Shown: positions 21,716 through 64,000 of the stretch, piece after piece
How positions within the stretch are numbered: the first letter of the stretch is position 1
Layout: every line of letters starts with the position of its first letter
Source of the DNA: Amoebidium appalachense
Lineage: Eukaryota > Protista > Ichthyosporea
Assembly (NCBI GenBank): GCA_963693365.1
Contig: CAVNZM010000013.1
Coordinates: 7,770,398-7,834,397 of the forward strand
Direction of reading: 5' to 3'
Length of the DNA: 64,000 bases
The notes under the pieces: generated by a model
The model's input: the letters and a program-made list of their open reading frames with translations, nothing else
The model's database searches: none
What the model was told of the DNA's origin: nothing
Made by a program: the position numbers and the translations under genes

Positions 21716-22688
21716 CAACCTCTGCTGTTATTAATGCTATCAGACAAAGGAGCCTTGATAGTGTGTTAGAGCCTCTGCAGTGTGGGCGTGCGTGTGTTGT
21801 ACCATGAGTTAATTTTGCTGGTAATCGTGAAAGGTTCAGGGCAACCAACAATCCGCATCTCGTCTAGCGACTCCATTTCCTATCTAGCGTCAATGCAATA
21901 CAGACGTCTTTGATATGTTGAGGGCTATTATCTAAAACAGTATTCTGCCTATCATACCGATACTCTTTCTCTATGTGTCGGCGTGAACACCTTCGATCGT
22001 GTTCAGGAGACTGTTCACGACCGGGGTTCCTGGACCTGGTTTATATACCTTTGTCGTCATCTCACCAATTGCTTGTCAACCAATCATCAAGGAGCAATTA
22101 TTCCAGCGCATTCGATTCCAATCGTTCCATTCGATTCTCATTTTGTCTTGATTGACGACAAAATTTCGAACTATCCGCAGGATAATATGAAAAGAAATGG
22201 AGCTTGCAGTTATGCATATACTATCAAAAGCCGCACTATCCTTAACGGATTAATTAGTACCAGCGGGCAAGCCGCAAGCAGCAGGGCACCGCAAAGCCTG
22301 AAGGTAGTGGAGAAATCCTCGCCCTCTGATCGGAGTTAGATCGGCAATTCTTGAACCAATGAAAATCTAGATCGTTTTCAAATAGATTAATGGCTTTTTA
22401 CGTCCGTGATATACACGCAATAGAAGAATTGGCGAGAAGATGCCTATGCATGGCTCCATGCACCGCCACCCGAGGCACTACATGCATATGGGCCTACCTA
22501 TGTAAGGTAATGGCAAAATGTGTGCCGCGCAATGTCGGCACGGGCCAGCTAGCCAAGCTCTGCTCGCGCGGCCGCTACACATGTACGTATACCTTGGCAC
22601 CGTCATGGCATACTCTGACCCGTATTACACGCGAGCCTCCGCCTAGGCCCATTACAATTTCTCGCACATGCACACACAGCCTCTCTGT

Positions 22689-22880
<192 letters not shown>

Positions 22881-22906
22881 CCTCGCTCTCTCTTCTCCCC
22901 CCCCCC

Positions 22907-22944
<38 letters not shown>

Positions 22945-23429
22945 ACAAATATTTAACACACTACCACATCCCCCCCCCCCCCCTCCCCCGTCTTCTCTAG
23001 AGCTCTCGAGTCTCTCACTCAATCTCTCTCTCTCAGACAGAAAACCCCCCCCTCCCCCCCCCTCCCCCACACGCCCCCACCCTCCTCTCTCGATCAGTAG
23101 GCTGTCTCAGCCCCTTCCCCCTCGGGGGCCCCCTTCCCCCCACCTTATATACTGTACACGTCAACGGCAGGAGACCATTCCACACCCGGTGCACACACAC
23201 ACATGCACGCATGTGCGCAAACACACAGCTCACACAAAACAACACATTTCTCACTACATACAATTGCAATGCTCTTCAACAGACATACAATAGGCTGTGG
23301 CACGGATCCGAGGCATCATTATGGATGTGGAACACACATTTATTGTCGCATGTTACCCGTCCGTGACTCTGCGGCATAGAATATTGAATTCGAAAATGAT
23401 GGTGATGGTGGTGGATTTGTGTGTGTGAC

Positions 23430-23469
<40 letters not shown>

Positions 23470-24308
23470 CTGTGGAGGGGGATAGCCGTATGTAGTAGTG
23501 GTGGTAGTGGTGGTGGTGATGGAGGAGATAATTGAGAAGCATTCGAACCAGGTATGGTCTCATGATCAGAGAGCATGCCTATGCACTTCAAAGTTAGCCT
23601 CATGTTCATCAGCCTGAGGGTGTACGGCACCGACATGAACGCCCATACATGTCTGGAAATTCAGTCATTATTTATTAGATTTTTAATCGCAATATTAAAA
23701 CGGCCCCAAAAAAGTCTTCAAGCTTTTGTGATCTAAGATCATGGCGGCACAGCCGCGGCACTGCGCAAAAATCTACCACTACAGAACAAAATAGCACAGT
23801 ACGGAGACATTGGCCCTACAGTTGTAACAATAGATCCATATATCAAACATCAAACACATGCTGCAAGGTCAACACTATTTATACCCACCCCCCAGATACA
23901 CGATCTAATCGCAAGCCAGCTACGCTGCACTAACTCAATGGTCTTTCACAAAGATCAGTCTACAAAAAAATTTGAATTTCGCATCGGCATTTGTGTCGCT
24001 TGTGCTGTATATTTTTAGTTTCTCAATCTAGCAGCCAGTGCATCTGTACACATGTACTTCGAGATCATTATGTCCCCATTCCTCACCTTACCCTAACAAA
24101 ACTCCAATAATGCACACTATCCCACCCCGATCTCTCACCGCGTCCCATATGCCACCTACTTGATCATCCTGACCAACCTTGTTACTAGTCACCTACCTAC
24201 ACGGAATAAGCAACTAATATAGCCGCCACCCACTCCCTCTGCCATCCGAACATTCGGGGTGCAGGAGTCCACCTGCTATGCATGGGTGTAGAACACACCA
24301 AGGGGCCA

Positions 24309-48894
<24,586 letters not shown>

Positions 48895-49648
48895 AGAGGT
48901 TTTACGCCCGGGACCCGGGTGCGTGTGGGCTAGGGCCGGGATTTGGATAAAAACAGAAAAAACGAAAAATGCCAATCCCGGCCGTAGTCTCCCTTGAATG
49001 ATCTCTGGGGACACACTTTTTCTCAAGTTATTGCGTGGATTTTCGAAGTGCAAATAGATGATATTGTTTTATCTTATAGCATATATCGGGAATTATACAC
49101 ATATTCTAGCGAACTTCTCATTCTTTTTTGAGGACTTTGATATTAAAAACAATTACCATCGTCAACTTTTGCTGCGCTCACAACTGAATTCAAAATTTTC
49201 AAAAAAACGAGTCTGCGGCAATATGATTGGTGTAAACAAAAGGTTTTGTTATCTCTATCCAATCATACGATGTAGCCTGTAGTCCAATCAAAGCACATTC
49301 TGCTTGGCGATTCATCTTTTTTTACTTCTTTACTTATAGCTTTATATGGTATTTTTTAAACACAAAATTGTTGATTACCCAATGTACAGAAATTTTTACC
49401 ACGACACACGAATGTTGATTCTTTATTGGCCATTCAAAAAGTATATAAATAAAAAAGCCCAGATCCCCGTTGACGTCTCTCAGTCTCGATCAATTCAGCG
49501 TGGTGCGAGCATGACTAATATTACTTCGACACTACACTAGCTAGAGAGCGATCAGGGCACTCCCCCCGTCGATGCATCAACACGCAGTTGACGCAACGTC
49601 AGCTTGACATGCATATGCGAACACACAAGCATGATTTGTATATGATAT

Positions 49649-49698
<50 letters not shown>

Positions 49699-50096
49699 TC
49701 ATGACTGGTATCCGCAGCCACGGTCCTCCCACGTGCATGCGTACGCGTGCCGGCCTGACTACAAGTGGCCTCCAGCCGCCCTCACAACAAATCATTCTCA
49801 GGCTTTATTTTTCGAGGCCTAGGAAGGGTACGTGACCAGTCACCTCGGGGGTAGAGTCTAATTTTGAAATGACACCGCGCGGTGTGACTCTGGCGTTGTG
49901 CACGCACCCACACTCACACGTGTGCGTACATGTATAATAGTACATGTACACGCGCATGCGCACACTGCACACGTAGGCCACAACCACACGTACTCTCTTT
50001 CCCGAGGCTCTCTCTCTCTCTCTCTCTTCTCCCTCTCTCTCTCTCTCTGTCTGTATTTCTCTCTTTCTCTCTCTATCTCTCTTATCTCTCTCTCTC

Positions 50097-50127
<31 letters not shown>

Positions 50128-50276
50128 AGCTCTCTCTATATATTTACAAGTAGGTCTGTGCGCCGGCTGTCGCCGGCGCCAAAACATAACGAGACAGTTA
50201 TTGATGTTGGGTTGTGTGGTTGTTACCTCCCTCTCCCCTCCCCCCCGCCCCCCCCCCCCTCCCTCGCCTCACGCTT

Positions 50277-50307
<31 letters not shown>

Positions 50308-50411
50308 ACGCTTCCTCCCCTCCCCCCCCCCCCCCCCCCCCCAAATCCTGCAGTTACAATTGCCGGATATCGATCTGCCAAATGTTATGACCCTTTTCCC
50401 TTTCATTTAAC

Positions 50412-50443
<32 letters not shown>

Positions 50444-50624
50444 TTTTCTTGCCACACTGTGTTATCAGTGTAGGGCCGGGAGAGATTGCCATTGCCGAAG
50501 TATCAAGTTTACTTGTGGTCCTCCAAAAACATGTAGCTGAAAACCACCAAGTACAATATGTTCTAAATTGCTTCCAAAAAATTTATAATATTTTTATTAT
50601 TTTGTTGTTTTACTTATTTTACAG

Positions 50625-51142
50625 AACTGTTTGGTAACCCGATGATATGCATGGACAGGCAATAAAACTTTCCACGTGCACTGAGTGCCAGGTGGGCAAC
50701 ATATATCCGTACTGATCATTATCGCTTTTTGGGAGCTTTGGCAGGATACATTTCTCCTGCTGTACGTATGGATACCACCCTAGTAGATAAGTCTGTATGG
50801 TGCTCTGATGTTGATATTGCCTGGGAAGTTGTGCAGTGGCGCTGTAATTCTTGTTTTCATCGCCGCTGGTGCCACTTTTGTGCTGAACTTTTTAATCGCA
50901 AGCATGTTGATAGGTGTGAGTTTTTATGTCGCGTTTTACCTCTTTCCCTACGGGTGTCTGCTACACTAGCTGGCAATGTGAACACTTAAGACTTTTTGTT
51001 GATTTCTGTTGGTCGTCACATTGAGTATTTATATGATTTTCACACAGTGTTCAGGTATCTCAGTATGTATACACTTGTTACTGGATGACTCGTGAAGTTT
51101 TTATTGTCTTCTCAGTATGCCGTGCATACTTGCATATCTTTC
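50625..51142 (+). mobile_element. Degenerate 3' fragment of a LINE (C-terminal Cys/His region)
   Basis: Translation YISPAVRMDTTLVDKSVW...VVQWRCNSCFHRRWCHFCAELFNRKHVDRC...NT*DFLL parallels the C-terminus of the RT ORF at 51769-53391 (YILPSCRTGLSLADG...AIQWRSN...CP...FNRSCIAKC...NIPDFILN). It contains internal stops. Confidence 0.7.
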
Positions 51143-51189
51143 GGCCTATCTTTCCGTCGAATAAATCCAGTCAAAAGAAAAAAAATATA

Positions 51190-51421
51190 TGATAGGTGTG
51201 AATTTTTATGTCGCGTTTTACCTCTTTCCCTCCGGGTATCTGCTACACTAGCTGGCAATGTGAACACTTTAGACTTTTTGTTGAATTCTGTTGGTCGTCA
51301 CATTGCGTATTTATATGATTTTCACACAGTGTTCAGGTATCTCAGTATGCACTTGTTACTGGATAACTCGTGAAGTTTTTATTGTCTTCTCAGTATGCCG
51401 TGCATACTTGTCATATCTTTC
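51190..51421 (+). mobile_element. Second, shorter copy of the same LINE 3' end
   Basis: Near-identical to about 50909-51142 and ends at the same catatctttc position. Confidence 0.85.
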
Positions 51422-51422
51422 C

Positions 51423-51530
51423 GGGGTTTACGCTGTTTACTCGAGGCAAAGAGAACCAGTCTCAGGTATGGGGGGGGGGGGTTTGCTCGGAATATCCCCT
51501 CAGCGGTATATCATGATCACGTACATAGAT
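51423..51530 (-). repeat. Short dispersed repeat (family C)
   Basis: Reverse complement of 14139-14250. Confidence 0.85.
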
Positions 51531-51617
51531 GTCGGGTGGTGACTATATATCAGGGTTTACTTTCTCTACGAGACACCATAAAGACTACAAGGAGAAATCA
51601 ATTAGTTGGGGTTCCCC

Positions 51618-51618
<1 letters not shown>

Positions 51619-51656
<38 letters not shown>

Positions 51657-51689
51657 GGGGCTCCCCTCGGGACACTCGGTATCAGCTAG

Positions 51690-51748
<59 letters not shown>

Positions 51749-53395
51749 TGTGTGTGTGTGCGCGTGCGCTATAATTTTGTAGTGATGTGTTTCTCAAGCC
51801 AATCAATACATCTAATAAACAGGTCGTAGTTACGCGTGTTTAGTATAAAATCAGGGATGTTGTAATTTACAGGTAGGCTATCTTTCTGGGTGTCTGTTGT
51901 GAATGTGACTTGTGTGTGTTGCGGTATTATGTGGTCTATCAAACTACATTTGGCGATACATGACCGGTTAAACTGGTGTGTGTGTGTGTTGTTTGGGCAT
52001 GCAAATGATGCCACCTTATACTTATTAGATCTCCACTGTATAGCACGTGTACAGTAAAAGCGTGGTAATTGATCAATAATACCATCAGCTAGAGAAAGAC
52101 CAGTTCTACAGGAAGGTAATATGTATTTAGGTGTTATACACTTGCGAGTGCCATATTTGGCAATATGGTTGAGGCGGTCAGTATATATAAAACGAGACAT
52201 AAGGCTTAGTTTTTCAAGGTGTATGCTTTCATCGGGTCTAGTGTCGTGTGGTATCTTTTTCCATTTGTTATATTGCGTGATTATCTTGTGATTGTGTACA
52301 TGTTTAATAAGTAAGTGGCAGTCCAAAGTCACACACACACTATTGCGGGGTTTATTTGTATTTGTGCCCAGGGGAGAAGGGGAGAGAGAGGGGAGGAAAG
52401 AGGGGAGAGGTGAGGAGGGGACAGGTCGGATAGAGAAGAGAGGGTGGGAGGGCAAATACTTCTTTAAGCGGCTTATGTGCTTATTGAATTTCGGCGCGAG
52501 ATAGGATACTCTAGCAGCTATTGGGACCAGACCATATATCGAGAGCGTTACAGGCCCAGGTTTACAACAGTTGTTAGATAGAAAGGAGGCAACTTCTGCT
52601 TCAAGGAAATTTGCCAAGGGTTTAAGCGCTCTAGTTCTCTCTTTCTTGATCCAAGCGGCGAGAAGGGGTAAACCATATTCACATGCCGGGAAGACAAAAG
52701 TGCGAATAAATGTAAGTCTAATAGAAGGATGGAGGGGTGTGTCTTTAAAAATATTAGCCGAGAAGAAAGCTAACCGCTTACGAGCCAACTCTACCCTCTT
52801 TTCGACCATATGGGGAAACATAACACCAACAGAATCAACCGGAACACCAAGATATTTGTATTCTGGAACTATAGGTACAGGTTTAGATGATAATGTAAAT
52901 GTGTGTAAATTGTTAGCTATATCAGGTACAAGAACACCACATTTGTCTATGTTAAGGATCATAAGGTTTGCCTTGCACCACTCTGACACTACATCGAACA
53001 ATCTTTGCAGGCGTCTAGGGGTACGGGCAAGGAGGGACAGATCATCAGCATAGAGAAGTGCAGGCGGAAAGTTATTAATAGGGTCATCGTTTTCGGCGTA
53101 AATCTTGACAGCCAAATCATCTATAAATAGGTTAAACAAAAAGGGGCTAAGCAATGAACCCTGCAAGAGACCTCTAGTACGAGCAAAACCATATGAAAGA
53201 TGCCCATTAACCACAGCTCTACCATAGGTTTGAGACAAGAGTGCTTCTAACAGAACACCAATGCAGTGTGGTACACCCCGTGCAGCAAGCTTTTCCCATA
53301 GGAGACCAGGGGAGACAGAATCGTAAGCAGTTTTCCAATCAATAAAGCCAACATATTGTGCACCAACTTGCATAGAATCGTGCAGTGCCATTATT
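51619..53395 (-). mobile_element. 5'-truncated non-LTR retrotransposon (LINE)
   Basis: The RT ORF is followed by (CA)n, a short 3' UTR and a poly-A run (T-run 51619-51652 on +). It is truncated just upstream of the first catalytic Asp motif. Confidence 0.85.
51769..53391 (-). CDS. Non-LTR reverse transcriptase (N-terminally truncated ORF, 540 aa)
   Basis: Motifs FIDWKTAYDSV, RGLLQGSLLSPFLFNLFIDDL, LLYADD and KYLGV, plus a C-terminal Cys/His region. The ORF is intronless. Confidence 0.92.
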   Translation of the reverse strand: MALHDSMQVGAQYVGFIDWKTAYDSVSPGLLWEKLAARGVPHCIGVLLEALLSQTYGRAVVNGHLSYGFARTRGLLQGSLLSPFLFNLFIDDLAVKIYAENDDPINNFPPALLYADDLSLLARTPRRLQRLFDVVSEWCKANLMILNIDKCGVLVPDIANNLHTFTLSSKPVPIVPEYKYLGVPVDSVGVMFPHMVEKRVELARKRLAFFSANIFKDTPLHPSIRLTFIRTFVFPACEYGLPLLAAWIKKERTRALKPLANFLEAEVASFLSNNCCKPGPVTLSIYGLVPIAARVSYLAPKFNKHISRLKKYLPSHPLFSIRPVPSSPLPSFLPSLSPSPLGTNTNKPRNSVCVTLDCHLLIKHVHNHKIITQYNKWKKIPHDTRPDESIHLEKLSLMSRFIYTDRLNHIAKYGTRKCITPKYILPSCRTGLSLADGIIDQLPRFYCTRAIQWRSNKYKVASFACPNNTHTHQFNRSCIAKCSLIDHIIPQHTQVTFTTDTQKDSLPVNYNIPDFILNTRNYDLFIRCIDWLEKHITTKL

Positions 53396-53574
53396 TGAAC
53401 TTTCGTCGAATAAATCCAGTCAAAAGAAAAAAAAAAAATATTTCAGTGAAGTCTGGAATTGGCACCCCCCCGAAATGTTCCCGAACACAAAATCATCATT
53501 CTACGGTGTGTGTCAATATACCATGCTCACAAGTCAGTACTGCAATTATACTATTCTCAGTTTACTTCAAAGCA

Positions 53575-53640
<66 letters not shown>

Positions 53641-54710
53641 CCCTCTTCCCATTCCCTGCCCCCCCAAAATGTTTTTTTATGCTTTTCATACTCAGTGACT
53701 GTAATCATGGCACCCGTGTTTTCTAGATATATTTCCTTTCATTGTGTTCAACGTCTATGTGGGTGTGTGTGTGTGTGTGCATGTTTGTGTGTGTGTGAAT
53801 GTGTGTGTGTGGGCCAAGTGAAGGTTGTATGCGTTTTTTTCTTCTTAGTTGTTTTTGTATTCTATTCGATTATTACTTTGTGTGTAAATGTGGAAAAAAA
53901 ACAAATAAAAAAAATTACCAATGACCACCGCCCAGCTTGAATCACCCTAGCTCTAGTGTAAACAAATAATCATTATCAGTAACAAACCCTTCTACTACAC
54001 TCGCCCCAAATGTCATATTCACATTACTGAGTTGATTTAGTTGTGTTTTTTAGTCTATTTTTTTTCAACAACTGTCTGCTATTAAAACACTAAATTGTAC
54101 ATGTGTTTGTGTGTGTGTGAGTGTGTGTGTGTGCCACAGGCCGGTGTGTGTGTGTGTATGTGTGTGTGTGTGGATATAGAATTTACCGTCCTCATCCTCG
54201 TGTCCCCCTAAACCGGTGTTAGCAGACCTGTGAGGTTTTTGTGATTGGATTGGTAGTTCTATTACATTAAACTTTGTACCAATGATATAATACGTTGTAA
54301 AACAAATGTCGCCGAATTTCTCTAAAAAAAGTGCGTTCCATTCTGGGTTAGAAACCAAAACCGTTTTGATACGGGAATCACCTGATCTCTGCCGTCATTC
54401 AGCCCAGCGCGTTCACAGTAGACTCCGAAACCGCTGGTTTTTTTCTTTTTATTTCAAAGCCCCGAGTACGTACATCCTCTCGGGCCCAACTTTAGGGCAC
54501 TATATTTCAATTTTCTCATTATCAAATATATAGTTATTTTAGGCTTTTTCATTAGTATCGCAAGAATATTTAGCGATTTTGATGTCATAAAAACAACTAA
54601 GCAACGTTTCGATGGTTTTTGATGCCTCACAAAATGGCCTTTGGTCCCCTCCAAATTCCGGATTTGAGGTCCGGCAAACAACGCATTATATATATTGATA
54701 ATATCTATCT

Positions 54711-55397
<687 letters not shown>

Positions 55398-55930
55398 ATT
55401 TTCTGTCTGCCTCTGGACTTGTGTCTGTGTGTGCACGTGTGTGGTGCTTGTCAGCTCGGGGGAGAGGGGGGCTTAGGGGGAAATAGGGCGGTAGTAAAAA
55501 AGTGCATACCAAGTAATCTTTACAACAGCTAAATCATTTTAATTAAGTTTTCCTTAGCTAGCCAGTTGCAGTTTCGTTTCCGTTCAGAACGTTCAAAGTT
55601 TGAGTACACAACATCGAAACCGTTCAGGCCATCATCAAGTTGCCGCGGGTCTCTGTATATACGCGCGCAACGGTGCATGTACGTCCGAGCCGAGTAACTT
55701 GTGTGTGCAGGGTCGTCATGGCAGTATTAAATAAGAGTTTCCAGCTCAGGGTACTACATACGTAGTACTGAGTATTTTTTTGGAATTTTATTTCATTGAG
55801 ATAATCATGTTCTAGGGGCTACCGCGGCTGCGACCTGAGGGAATCGGTGAGACAATCATTTCCGTATAACTGGGAGGGGTTCAAACATGTGTGGGTGGAC
55901 CAGGTGGCCATGGTGGTCCGGGTGGTGGTT

Positions 55931-56009
<79 letters not shown>

Positions 56010-56552
56010 GAGTTGGAGTGCAGTGGTACTCCCGGCTAACAATGTCTGTTAGAGAAAGTTTCTGAGCAATTAAATAATTGTTTCAACGCTCGAGTGCATA
56101 GAGCTTTTGTTTACGGTCATATTCATATCATGATGGTAGTTATATGTTTGAGTCAAAAATGTACGGGTGACGAGCTTCACTAGCAACGTGCTAATTGTGC
56201 TCATTAATTAATATTCCCGAGAGTGAGGCAATCATTCAAGTCTAAAAAGGCAAGGAAACAAAAACGGCATACAACGGCAAGAGCTATTCGTCTAAGTATA
56301 AGTAATCAGTGCACATGTCACACAGTACAGATTATACACGACATGCCCTAAACACTAGTGCTAATAGTATATGCTAAGCAAGAGGCTGGTGGATCTTAGA
56401 AGCAAGTAAATGATGTACAACTAATCGTACTAACCAGCTATATTACATATCGATCATGACCTGACAGAACAACCGCACCCACATTGAGTGATACACCATA
56501 AACAGCCATTTCATACCACAATGAGCAGTACTTGAAGTCTTTGCAGCAGGCA

Positions 56553-63993
<7,441 letters not shown>

Positions 63994-64000
63994 CTGGACA

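Noticed and set aside
23276-23563. His-rich small ORF on the minus strand
   Set aside because: Low-complexity (CAC)n/(CA)n content with no homology signal.
49696-49790. Degenerate tRNA/SINE head before a (TA)n tract (minus strand)
   Set aside because: The A/B-box resemblance is weak, there is no cloverleaf, and it is single-copy in the window.
51769-53391. This RT as the autonomous partner of the poly-C elements
   Set aside because: It is a LINE-type RT with its own (CA)n/poly-A 3' end and no sequence shared with the A/B/D ends. It is not excluded, but unsupported.

Overview
Intron-dense, microsatellite-saturated eukaryotic DNA ((CA)n/(GT)n, (CT)n, poly-C/poly-G). The gene content suggests a non-animal opisthokont such as a unicellular holozoan, but this is inference only. 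Almost all ORF-track entries are artefacts of simple repeats. By manual exon chaining I find three spliced genes on the minus strand: a TBC/RabGAP-domain protein (4.6-12.5 kb), an ATP8B-like P4-ATPase flippase (24.3-48.9 kb) and an ARNT/BMAL-like bHLH-PAS-PAS factor (56.5 kb to beyond the window end). There is also an intronless, disrupted solute-binding-protein/class C GPCR pseudogene (19.4-21.7 kb), a nest of LINE fragments including an RT ORF (50.6-53.4 kb), two copies of a palindrome-rich MITE and two minisatellites. The most interesting signal is a set of about 12 non-coding, variably truncated repeat copies from three subfamilies (A, B, D). All have one fixed end abutting a poly-C/G run and all lie sense within introns. 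They carry an RNA with all hammerhead-ribozyme core motifs (CUGANGA, GAAAC, GUH) and covarying stems I-III, but in a connectivity that matches none of types I/II/III. This suggests a poly(C)-targeting, Penelope-like non-autonomous retroelement system with a new hammerhead permutation. Exon coordinates were read by eye and may be off by a few nt; no searches or folding programs were run.
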